Part shown: piece after piece, positions 9,838-19,150 of the stretch
How positions within the stretch are numbered: the first letter of the stretch is position 1
Layout of the letters: each line of letters begins with the position of its first letter
Origin: Waddliaceae bacterium
GTDB taxonomy: Bacteria > Chlamydiota > Chlamydiia > Chlamydiales > SLFE01
NCBI GenBank assembly: GCA_963771045.1
Contig: CAVYRW010000004.1
Span: forward strand, 1,504,001-1,568,000
Reading direction: 5' to 3'
Length of the DNA: 64,000 bases
Translations under genes and position numbers: made by a program
The notes under the pieces: generated by a model
Databases searched by the model: none
What the model saw: only the letters and a program-made list of their open reading frames with translations
Told to the model about the DNA's origin: nothing

Positions 9838-10559
9838 AAGAAAAGCAGCAAATCACATTAAAAATTTCGCCTCAGCCCACGGAGACGACCTGCGGACCGA
9901 CTTGCCTGCATGCCGTCTATGCCTATTATGGCCTCGATCTTCCCATTGAGGATATCATCGAAGAAGTTTCGAGCCTGGAGGAAGGCGGAACAATTGCCGT
10001 CATGCTGGCCCAGCACGCTTTGAGAAACGGATTTCATACAAAAATCTACTCCTATAACCTGCAAGTTTTCGATCCCACTTGGTTTCAGCCGAACCAATTA
10101 AATCCCGAGTCGCTTCAGGTTAAATTGAAAGAAAGAGCTAAGAAAAAGAATAAAAAACGCATCAAACTCACTTGCAATGCCTACATCGACTACCTCTCCC
10201 TTGGCGGCGAGCTGAGAATGCACGAACTCGACCATCAGCTGATCCGAAACTATCTCAAAAAAGGAATCCCCATACTCACCGGACTCAGCTCCACTTACCT
10301 TTACCAGTCCGAAAGGGTCTACTACGACGGGGAAAACTTCTTTCTCGATGATGTCATGGGAGACCCCGAAGGCCACTTTGTCGTCCTTGAGAGCTACGAT
10401 CCGCACACACGGACTGTCACAGTTTTAGATCCGTACCAGCAAAACCCTTACTCCGAAGAGCTGAAATACACGATCGACTTAGACAGGCTCATCAACTCGA
10501 TTCTCCTTGGCGTCCTCACCCACGACGCCAATCTCCTTGTTATTGAAAAATCTGAATAA
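9834..10559 (+). CDS. Peptidase C39-like cysteine peptidase
   Basis: QP.ETTCGPTCL (catalytic Cys), GHFVVL (His) and VLDP (Asp). ATGA overlap with the upstream gene. Confidence 0.8.
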   Translation: MKEKQQITLKISPQPTETTCGPTCLHAVYAYYGLDLPIEDIIEEVSSLEEGGTIAVMLAQHALRNGFHTKIYSYNLQVFDPTWFQPNQLNPESLQVKLKERAKKKNKKRIKLTCNAYIDYLSLGGELRMHELDHQLIRNYLKKGIPILTGLSSTYLYQSERVYYDGENFFLDDVMGDPEGHFVVLESYDPHTRTVTVLDPYQQNPYSEELKYTIDLDRLINSILLGVLTHDANLLVIEKSE

Positions 10560-10629
10560 TTACCTTTTCTTTATCTAAAATTAATCAAGCCTTAACAATT
10601 TTAAATTAAGCTATATATTTTAAATTAAG

Positions 10630-11643
10630 GTGAACATCATGACAATAAATATTGAATTTGGAAGCTATAATGTCGGCCAGGGTTGGAACGATTATAAGTA
10701 CATGCTCAGTGCAAACCGGACAGAATTAAACAAAATTAACGATAAGTTACAGGGGTTGAATACCCCACAAGAAATCGAAAAAATCATTAAAAATTTATCT
10801 GACCAGATAGAAAGAAAATGCGCGGAAAAAATCTCAAAAAGAATTGATGTTCTCTGCCTTCAGGAATTGATAGATTTAAAGCGGCCATTTGCTCAGGAAT
10901 TAATAAAAAATGGTTTTAAAATCTATCGATGCGGAAACAATCCCGGTGACGTAATGAGCACTGCCGTAGCTGTCAAAACTGACAAGTTTAGCACTATCTG
11001 CAACAAATCATTTAAAAGCATGTCCGGAAATGGACAAGTGGGCGTTTATGGCCAGGAAATCGCATCCATTGAAGCGACACTGAAAAACTCCAAAACAAAA
11101 CTTAATTTCTCTTCGCTCCATTCTTGGGGATTTCAATTATATCATCCCGATAAAACACAAAAAAATATCCCAGACCTTGAAAACAAACAGAGAGCGCTCG
11201 CTTATGCACAAGAGGCCGTCAAAACCGTAAAGACACATACCGGCTGCTCATTCATTGGCGGAGATATGAACAACAATACCGATAATTACAAAGAACAATT
11301 TTCTGTATTTGAGAAAGCTGGTTACGACGTCTTAGAAACGACTCAAACAACAAATATCAACCACGGTGATTTAGCATACGGAGATGAAAAAGAAAGAAAA
11401 GTCGACTATCTTTTTGCCAAAGGACCATCGAAAATCGGCAAGATCTGGAATAAATTTATTTCACTTTTCAAAACAACTATAACAATGCAAACCCTCGGAG
11501 CGTGGCCGCTTAAAGATTTCGAATTTGAGATGGATAAGAATTGCTCCGACCATAAACCCATCTGCACAACGATCATTATCAAATCTCGGAAATCGACTGT
11601 GGCCAGGATTTGGCATTCTTTTAAAAGCGTTTTTCGACGTTAA
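10630..11643 (+). CDS. Endonuclease/exonuclease/phosphatase (EEP) family protein
   Basis: SYNV, DVLCLQE, GGDMNN, VDYLF and SDHKPI motifs. Confidence 0.8.
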   Translation: MNIMTINIEFGSYNVGQGWNDYKYMLSANRTELNKINDKLQGLNTPQEIEKIIKNLSDQIERKCAEKISKRIDVLCLQELIDLKRPFAQELIKNGFKIYRCGNNPGDVMSTAVAVKTDKFSTICNKSFKSMSGNGQVGVYGQEIASIEATLKNSKTKLNFSSLHSWGFQLYHPDKTQKNIPDLENKQRALAYAQEAVKTVKTHTGCSFIGGDMNNNTDNYKEQFSVFEKAGYDVLETTQTTNINHGDLAYGDEKERKVDYLFAKGPSKIGKIWNKFISLFKTTITMQTLGAWPLKDFEFEMDKNCSDHKPICTTIIIKSRKSTVARIWHSFKSVFRR

Positions 11644-11655
11644 CACATTTACAGC

Positions 11656-11752
11656 AGTTCCCGCTGAGATTTTTACCGCTGAAAACACGGGGAGAAAATT
11701 TTAGCATTCTACACACATATTAACATTTAGCAGTTAATGCCCAGCGGGAGTA
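11656..11752. repeat. MITE-like element with imperfect terminal inverted repeats
   Basis: Left end tcccgctgagattttt-accgctgaaa resembles the reverse complement of the right end, tcccgctgggcatt-aactgctaaa. Confidence 0.4.
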
Positions 11753-11832
11753 CAGGGAAATTGCATGAAGAAATGATTTGACATGTCAAGCCAGATTTTG
11801 AAGACTTTACCTTCTTAAAATGGAGGTATATA

Positions 11833-13026
11833 ATGTCATCTCAAAATCTTATAAGTGAGACATCAATCATGATTAGCTTTTCCGTCCTGCCTGATCCTAG
11901 GGAATCGAGAAATCAAAAATATCCGTTATTCGATATTTTAACTATAGCCATACTCGGGGTTCTTTGTGGTGCCGATGACTGGGTTGATGTCGCCTTATGG
12001 GGCGAATCTAACCAAGACTGGCTTAAACAGTACGGCATTGGAGAAAATGGTACTCCTTCACATGATACTTTTAGTCGTTTTTTCCGCTATGTAGACCCTG
12101 TTGCATTCGAAAAATGTTTCCTCTCTTGGACCCAGAAAATTTCTAAAGCCGTTGAAGGTGTCATAGCTTTGGATGGAAAGACTATTTGCAACTCTAAAAG
12201 TTGCGGTACACAAGCTATTCATTTGGTAAGCGCATTCTCAGCCGAGAATGATCTTGTATTAGGGCAATTGGCCACTGAGGCCAAATCAAATGAGATAACA
12301 GCATTTCCATTATTGATTGAGATGTTGGATTTAAAAAAAGCTACTGTGACAATAGATGCAGCTGGCTGCCAAAAAACAATCGCATCTCTAATCCGCGAAA
12401 AAGGAGGCGATTACGTATTCGGACTTAAGAGGAATCAGGAAAATTTATACGCTGAAGCGGAACATTTTTTTAATCAAGCGCTTAACCTTAAGCCGGAAGA
12501 AGCTGAATGTGAATACTATATAACGGAGGAAAAATCAAGAAATCGTTTTGAGAAAAGAGAGGTGTGGGTAACATCGAATCTTGATTGGTTGCCGCAAGTG
12601 GAAGAATGGAAAGGTTTATCATCTCTGGCTTGTGTAAGGAGCACAAGGATTGTAAAAGAGAAAGAGACAGTAGAGCTAAGGTATTATATATCAAGTATAA
12701 AGGGCGATGCGGAAAGAATAGGAAAAGCCATAAGGAGTCATTGGTCGATTGAAAACAAACTTCATTGGCAGCTTGATGTTTCTTATGGAGAAGATGGAAG
12801 CAAAGTTCGAAAAGATAATGGTGCGGAAAATTTTTCGATAATTCGACGATCAACTTTGAATTTACTTAAAGCAGACAAGAAAACAAAAGCAGGTATCAAA
12901 AATAAGCGATCAAAAGCAGGTTGGAATAAGCAGTATATGATAAATATTTTGACGGGAAAGTGTGTATCCGTTCACGGGGTAACTCTAGGAACGGCTACCG
13001 CCTCGCGCGCTACCCCACAAAAATAA
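11833..13026 (+). CDS. ISAs1 transposase (stop codon displaced by IS66, 20-aa C-terminal extension)
   Basis: LPDPR, PSHDTF, IALDGK, KSNEITA, TIDAAGCQK, RSHWSIENKLHW motifs. Identical to the 16073-17206 protein up to ...LTGKC. Confidence 0.92.
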   Translation: MSSQNLISETSIMISFSVLPDPRESRNQKYPLFDILTIAILGVLCGADDWVDVALWGESNQDWLKQYGIGENGTPSHDTFSRFFRYVDPVAFEKCFLSWTQKISKAVEGVIALDGKTICNSKSCGTQAIHLVSAFSAENDLVLGQLATEAKSNEITAFPLLIEMLDLKKATVTIDAAGCQKTIASLIREKGGDYVFGLKRNQENLYAEAEHFFNQALNLKPEEAECEYYITEEKSRNRFEKREVWVTSNLDWLPQVEEWKGLSSLACVRSTRIVKEKETVELRYYISSIKGDAERIGKAIRSHWSIENKLHWQLDVSYGEDGSKVRKDNGAENFSIIRRSTLNLLKADKKTKAGIKNKRSKAGWNKQYMINILTGKCVSVHGVTLGTATASRATPQK

Positions 13027-13836
13027 TAAAAATTTTATACGGCATAAAATAAGATTTTTATTATTATTCTGGTTGTTCAAAACCACTTTATAACATGAAG
13101 CCAACCTACGAAGAACTCTTTGAAAAGCTGAATAAAGCCTTGGAGGAAATTGAAATCCTCAAAAAGGAAAACCAGGCACTCAAGGCAAAAGTTAAGGAGC
13201 TCGAAGATAAACTCAACACCAACTCTTCGAATAGCTCTAAGCCCCCCTCGCAAGATCCTTTCAGAGCTCAAAGAAAGAAGGAACCTACGGGGCGTAAACA
13301 GGGAGCACAAAAAGGTCATAAGGGCCACCCCCGTCAACTAGTTCCAATTAATCAGGTGCAGTCGCTGCATAACATAAAGCCGGACACTTGTCCGAACTGC
13401 CACTCCCACTCGTTTAATTCGGAGGTGGTCAGAACGGATGTACGACAAGTAGTGGAATTACCGGACGCTCCTCCGGAAGTTACTCAATACAACATTCACA
13501 CCTGTCAGTGTAGCGGATGTGGTAAGCATGTAAAGGCTGATATTCCCGAAGAAGCGCGATTTGGTTTTGGTCCCCGATTAATGGGTTTCGTCACTTCTCT
13601 TTCAGGAGAGTTTAGATTATCCAAACGTCAAGTCTGTGCTCTAATGGGCAGACTCAATATTCGGATATGTTCCGGCAGCGTGTGTAAAATCCATGTCCGA
13701 GCTAGTCAGATTTTAAAAGCACCATACGAAGAAATTAGGACACACACTCTAAATGAAGAACATATTTATGCCGATGAAACGAGTTGGAAAACGATGTCGG
13801 AAAAGAGATGGATTTGGGTCGGAAGCGGCAAGGAAA

Positions 13837-15234
13837 GAGGGTGTAAAATAAACTGTGTAAACTCATTTACAGCCCCATCGCTTTTTTCATCCTGTCGTCA
13901 AACAGAATTGAAAACTGAGATATTGCTGATATCCAGCCTTTGATAGGCTTTGTCCATTTCTCGGATAAGCTCGAGACAGTTAAAAATAGCAATTTGAAAA
14001 GAGAGTCGTCTGTTGGAAAGACAGAACGGCTTTTTGTAGTCTTTCTAAACTGCCTGTGGAGTGATTCTACGGCATTTGTAGTATAAATAATACGTCGAAT
14101 TTCTTCGGGGTATTTAAAAAAGGTTCGGATATTATCCCAGTTGTCTGCCCAGGGATTGACGGCTAAGGGGTATCTTGTTGCCCATTTTTCCTGCAGAACA
14201 AGCAGGTTTTCCTCAGCCAAAATTTCTGTTTCAGCCCGATAGATGTTTTTCAGATCCGACACAAATTCCTTCGAATGCTTATGAGGAATGTATTTAAACG
14301 AATTTCGGATCAAATGGATGACGCATAACTGAATCTCAGTCTCGGGAAACACGGCATTAATTGCTTCCGGCATTCCTTTTAAGCCATCAACACAGGCAAT
14401 TAAAACGTCGTCAACGCCTCTATTTTTAAGCTCTGTGAAAACTCGTAACCAAAATTTGGCTCCTTCGTTTTCACCGATCCATAAACCTAAAACATCCTTT
14501 TGCCCCTCAAGATCGATTCCCAGGCAGGTATACACAGCTTTTGTAACCACCTTTCCATCTTCACGAACCTTATAATGAATAGCATCAAAATAGGTAATAG
14601 CGTAGATCTTTTCAAGCGGTCTTGATTGCCACTCTCTTGCGACTTCTAAAGCCTTTTCCGTGATATGGGATACGGCCGTAGGGGATATTTCAGCACCATA
14701 TATTTCCTGAACATGAGCCTGTATATCCCGGGTGCTCATTCCCTTTGCATACATGGAGAGGATTTTCTGATCGAATGAGGTAATATTTCGTTGCCGTTTC
14801 TTGACGATTTTTGGCTCAAAATCACCATTCCTATCTCGGGGCACCTCTAAATCGAGAGGACCGTAGGAACTTTGGACAGATTTTGAAAGCTTGCCATTGC
14901 GGCTGTTGCCGGTGTGATGGCCTTCAGGTGAGTATTTGGAATAGCCGATATGCTCTTCCATTTCCTTCTCAAGGAGTTGTTCTACCATACCACCCAACAA
15001 CCTTTGTAAAAGGCCGTTTTTGCCACATAAGTCGTCCATGGTTTCGCATTTCGACAACTCTTTATCGAGATCGATTTTTAGTTTTGAGAATTTCATAAGT
15101 TGTTCCTGTGTAAATTAAAATTAAAAATTTGTCGCCCCTCCCCCTGCAGGGGGAGGAACCTCCTTCTACTTGTTTACAAGGTATTTACTATAATACACTT
15201 GCAACTTAATTTACACAGTTCAGATTACACTACC
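13837..15234 (-). mobile_element. IS256-family IS
   Basis: Imperfect TIRs gagggtgtaaaataaactgtgtaa and ggtagtgtaatctgaactgtgtaa. 8-bp TSD caaggaaa at 13829-13836 and 15235-15242. Confidence 0.92.
13867..15096 (-). CDS. IS256 (Mutator-type) transposase, intact
   Basis: NSRNG, VPRDRNG, MYAKGMSTRDI, YFDAIHYKVR, ACVDGLKG, QLCVIH and IYTTNAVES motifs. Confidence 0.95.
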   Translation of the reverse strand: MKFSKLKIDLDKELSKCETMDDLCGKNGLLQRLLGGMVEQLLEKEMEEHIGYSKYSPEGHHTGNSRNGKLSKSVQSSYGPLDLEVPRDRNGDFEPKIVKKRQRNITSFDQKILSMYAKGMSTRDIQAHVQEIYGAEISPTAVSHITEKALEVAREWQSRPLEKIYAITYFDAIHYKVREDGKVVTKAVYTCLGIDLEGQKDVLGLWIGENEGAKFWLRVFTELKNRGVDDVLIACVDGLKGMPEAINAVFPETEIQLCVIHLIRNSFKYIPHKHSKEFVSDLKNIYRAETEILAEENLLVLQEKWATRYPLAVNPWADNWDNIRTFFKYPEEIRRIIYTTNAVESLHRQFRKTTKSRSVFPTDDSLFKLLFLTVSSLSEKWTKPIKGWISAISQFSILFDDRMKKAMGL

Positions 15235-16047
15235 CAAGGAAACTGTGTTTTTCGCAATCAAGGCTTCACGCAGCAACAAGGCATTCCGCGAGATCTTTGG
15301 TTCTTTCAAAGGGGGTTTAACAACCGATCGCTATAATGCCTATAATTCGCATGAAGGTCTGCGACAACTTTGCTGGTCGCATGCAGATAGAGATTTTGAA
15401 AAGATTGCAGGCAGGGATGGATTTGATAAATGGATCGGGGAACGGTTGTTAGAGTGTAAAAAGTCGATATTCAATCTTTGGCATAGCTACAAAAACGGTG
15501 AGATTGCAAGGGACGAACTGATCGAGAAGATCGAAATAGGCCCAAAAGAAGATTTGAAAGTCCTCCTCAAAGCTGGTGCAATTCACAAAGAATGTTGCAA
15601 TAAAACGAGGTCGACTTGCGCTGATTTTTTTGGACGGTTCGAGATGTTATGGGTATTTGCCTATCATGAGAATATCGAACCGACTAACAATACAGCCGAG
15701 CAACGTCTTAGAGGCGGAGTCATTTGGAGGAAGCTATGCTTTGGCTCACAATCAGAAGAAGGTGAGCGATTTGTCGAACGGGTGTTAACAGTTGGTATGA
15801 CATTGAAGTTACGTGCTCAAAATTCGTTCGATTATTTTACCGAATGTTTTAAAGCATACATTCATGGCGGACAAGCGCCGCCGATATTTTCAAAATAGAA
15901 AACGGTTTCCTACGACACAAATTCACGAGGTAGTTCTCGGTTAACAAAACGTGTTAGAAGTTTACGACTCCCCCTGGGGGGGGTACCCCCGTGAACAGAT
16001 ACGAAAGTGTTAAATAATTTCTTCATGCAATTTCCCTGGGGGGTACC

Positions 16048-17285
16048 CAGGGAAATTGCATGAAGAAATTATTTAACACTTTCCCGTCAAAATATTTATC
16101 ATATACTGCTTATTCCAACCTGCTTTTGATCGCTTATTTTTGATACCTGCTTTTGTTTTCTTGTCTGCTTTAAGTAAATTCAAAGTTGATCGTCGAATTA
16201 TCGAAAAATTTTCCGCACCATTATCTTTTCGAACTTTGCTTCCATCTTCTCCATAAGAAACATCAAGCTGCCAATGAAGTTTGTTTTCAATCGACCAATG
16301 ACTCCTTATGGCTTTTCCTATTCTTTCCGCATCGCCCTTTATACTTGATATATAATACCTTAGCTCTACTGTCTCTTTCTCTTTTACAATCCTTGTGCTC
16401 CTTACACAAGCCAGAGATGATAAACCTTTCCATTCTTCCACTTGCGGCAACCAATCAAGATTCGATGTTACCCACACCTCTCTTTTCTCAAAACGATTTC
16501 TTGATTTTTCCTCCGTTATATAGTATTCACATTCAGCTTCTTCCGGCTTAAGGTTAAGCGCTTGATTAAAAAAATGTTCCGCTTCAGCGTATAAATTTTC
16601 CTGATTCCTCTTAAGTCCGAATACGTAATCGCCTCCTTTTTCGCGGATTAGAGATGCGATTGTTTTTTGGCAGCCAGCTGCATCTATTGTCACAGTAGCT
16701 TTTTTTAAATCCAACATCTCAATCAATAATGGAAATGCTGTTATCTCATTTGATTTGGCCTCAGTGGCCAATTGCCCTAATACAAGATCATTCTCGGCTG
16801 AGAATGCGCTTACCAAATGAATAGCTTGTGTACCGCAACTTTTAGAGTTGCAAATAGTCTTTCCATCCAAAGCTATGACACCTTCAACGGCTTTAGAAAT
16901 TTTCTGGGTCCAAGAGAGGAAACATTTTTCGAATGCAACAGGGTCTACATAGCGGAAAAAACGACTAAAAGTATCATGTGAAGGAGTACCATTTTCTCCA
17001 ATGCCGTACTGTTTAAGCCAGTCTTGGTTAGATTCGCCCCATAAGGCGACATCAACCCAGTCATCGGCACCACAAAGAACCCCGAGTATGGCTATAGTTA
17101 AAATATCGAATAACGGATATTTTTGATTTCTCGATTCCCTAGGATCAGGCAGGACGGAAAAGCTAATCATGATTGATGTCTCACTTATAAGATTTTGAGA
17201 TGACATTATATACCTCCATTTTAAGAAGGTAAAGTCTTCAAAATCTGGCTTGACATGTAAATAATTTCTTCATGCAATTTCCCTG
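16048..17285 (-). mobile_element. ISAs1-family IS (copy 2, intact)
   Basis: Same TIRs as copy 1. Flanked by the 9-bp direct repeat gggggtacc (16039-16047 and 17286-17294). 1238 bp. Confidence 0.93.
16073..17206 (-). CDS. ISAs1 transposase, intact
   Basis: 377 aa, same sequence as copy 1, ending GKC*. Confidence 0.95.
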   Translation of the reverse strand: MSSQNLISETSIMISFSVLPDPRESRNQKYPLFDILTIAILGVLCGADDWVDVALWGESNQDWLKQYGIGENGTPSHDTFSRFFRYVDPVAFEKCFLSWTQKISKAVEGVIALDGKTICNSKSCGTQAIHLVSAFSAENDLVLGQLATEAKSNEITAFPLLIEMLDLKKATVTIDAAGCQKTIASLIREKGGDYVFGLKRNQENLYAEAEHFFNQALNLKPEEAECEYYITEEKSRNRFEKREVWVTSNLDWLPQVEEWKGLSSLACVRSTRIVKEKETVELRYYISSIKGDAERIGKAIRSHWSIENKLHWQLDVSYGEDGSKVRKDNGAENFSIIRRSTLNLLKADKKTKAGIKNKRSKAGWNKQYMINILTGKC

Positions 17286-17309
17286 GGGGGTACCCCCGTG
17301 AACAGATAC
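17286..17309 (+). mobile_element. Orphan right end of the IS66 element
   Basis: gggggtacccccgtgaacagatac is identical to the last 24 bp of IS66 at 15979-16002. Confidence 0.8.
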
Positions 17310-17465
17310 AATTTTATTTAATAATAAATACCTAAAATTGGTTAATAATAAAACATTTAATATAATATAATGGTATTTAGATATATTATTTTTTAACCTA
17401 AGAGGTTTATTATGTCTAGCTCTAGACCAGTTGACAAAACCCTCTGTACTGGACAAAAAATTATT

Positions 17466-19062
17466 TCACACATGACAACCTCCTCTTTCTAAGCAGGCTA
17501 AAGGCCACAGTATCTGTTTGATTTCATTAATATTAGACCCGAGATTCATGAGAGCCCTCCGAATTATATCCAGTCCCAGTCGAAATTTGCTTTTACTCTT
17601 TCTCCCATGGGATTTCTTCCGAATGGGGGTGATCTTGGACTGGATTTCACCCGTTCTATAGGCCCAGCAGAAGGCGATAGCCAAGACAAAGAGGATTTTC
17701 TCGATCTTATCTGGATCGGTTACATGAGTATCCTCCATGCGAAAGCCGCGACTTTTAAGACACCCAAAAAGCGTCTCTATTTCCCATCGCCTTTTGTAGA
17801 CCGCTAACGCATCTTCAAAGTCATGATTCGAAACCACAATCATGGGCTCTTTCGAACCTTTTTTGCCTTTCCGAAAGGATAAATACAGCTGCAGCCCCCA
17901 TAGCTCTACCGGGACATTGAGGACTTTTTTTCTTCTTCCATAGCGTTTCAGGATTTGATGAATGGAAATCGATTCATCAGAGTCTAGCTCGAAAATCTTA
18001 TACGAGCCCTTCACACGAATAACGAATGGAATACGTGCGTCTATCAAGAAAAGAAACCAATCTTCGCCAATAAATTCTCGATCAGCAGTAAAAGCTTCGA
18101 TTTTCTCGGGTGAAAACTTTTTGAGAGTGCGCTTGAGCAGCGACACTCGGTCGTGTGTGGATGAGTTACCTTCCAAGTAAGGCGATAGCCAAGACAAAGA
18201 GGATTTTCTCGATCTTATCTGGATCGGTTACATGAGTATCCTCCATGCGAAAGCCGCGACTTTTAAGACACCCAAAAAGCGTCTCTATTTCCCATCGCCT
18301 TTTGTAGACCGCTAACGCATCTTCAAAGTCATGATTCGAAACCACAATCATGGGCTCTTTCGAACCTTTTTTGCCTTTCCGAAAGGATAAATACAGCTGC
18401 AGCCCCCATAGCTCTACCGGGACATTGAGGACTTTTTTTCTTCTTCCATAGCGTTTCAGGATTTGATGAATGGAAATCGATTCATCAGAGTCTAGCTCGA
18501 AAATCTTATACGAGCCCTTCACACGAATAACGAATGGAATACGTGCGTCTATCAAGAAAAGAAACCAATCTTCGCCAATAAATTCTCGATCAGCAGTAAA
18601 AGCTTCGATTTTCTCGGGTGAAAACTTTTTGAGAGTGCGCTTGAGCAGCGACACTCGGTCGTGTGTGGATGAGTTACCTTCCAAGTCTAATACAGACCAG
18701 AAAAAAGGGATGCTGATCCCTTTATAGGCGATTGAGAGCATCAATATGTTAATCGGGGTCTTGCCCCACTTCCAGTTCGTCCGATCAAGGATGAGCGTAC
18801 ATTTCTGATCCAGGGGAAACAATTTAAGGATGAAAGGGGCTATACAACTGAAGTCAAATGAGAAGTCAGTAAAGAATCTGCATATCCTGCGATAAGCAGA
18901 CTCTTCTTTACAATCTGTTTGGAATGCCGTCGCGATTTGTGCCAGGTTGATGGTCCGCACGCAAAACAGAGCTTGGACGATGTGGGTCAAGCAAGTGATT
19001 CTGGCCTTGTTCCAATTGAAAAAATTGGCTAGAATGGTTCTTAGTTCGCTGATGTGATTCAT
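17466..19062 (-). pseudogene. IS4 transposase disrupted by a 508-bp duplication
   Basis: LILDRTNWKWG, ADREFIG and YKRRWEIETLFGCLKSRGF motifs. Split into two overlapping ORFs. Confidence 0.88.
17671..18686. repeat. Apparently exact 508-bp tandem duplication
   Basis: 17671-18178 is repeated at 18179-18686. Both units start aaggcgatagccaag and end ttaccttccaagt. Confidence 0.92.
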
Positions 19063-19150
19063 AAATGTACCTCGCTAGATTTGGTTTTCAACGAGTTACA
19101 ATCTCATCAGCGACATTTTTTTATCAAATCATTTTTTGTCCAGTACAGAG

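Larger units (their letters stand above)
13095..15898 (+). pseudogene. IS66 transposase split by IS256
   Basis: NSSNSSKPPSQD, Zn finger (CPNC...CQCSGC), YADETSW, TTDRY, QLCWSH and EPTNNTAEQRLR. Removing IS256 and one TSD restores the frame ...SGKE-TVFFAIK. Confidence 0.9.
12964..16002 (+). mobile_element. IS66-family IS (single-ORF, ISBst12-like organisation), interrupted by IS256
   Basis: TIRs gtatccgttcacgggg and ccccgtgaacagatac. 8-bp TSD gaaagtgt at 12956-12963 and 16003-16010. Confidence 0.92.
11753..16038 (+). mobile_element. ISAs1-family IS (copy 1), interrupted by IS66
   Basis: TIR cagggaaattgcatgaagaaat starts at 11753 and its inverse ends at 16038. Length is 1239 bp after removing the nested IS66 and one TSD. 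No matching TSD on its own flanks. Confidence 0.92.
17442..19150 (-). mobile_element. IS4-family IS (IS10/ISAba1-like) with internal tandem duplication
   Basis: TIRs ctctgtactggacaaaaaa at 17442 and its inverse ending at 19150. Length is 1201 bp after removing the 508-bp duplication. No TSD seen. Confidence 0.88.

Noticed and set aside
6503..10559. Graspetide/microviridin RiPP cluster
   Set aside because: No precursor peptide with repeated core motifs nearby. The ATP-grasp is RLAN-RimK type and the C39-like peptidase is not fused to an ABC exporter.
18166..18197. Programmed frameshift between two IS4 ORFs
   Set aside because: The two ORFs result from the 508-bp duplication, and no slippery site is needed to explain them.
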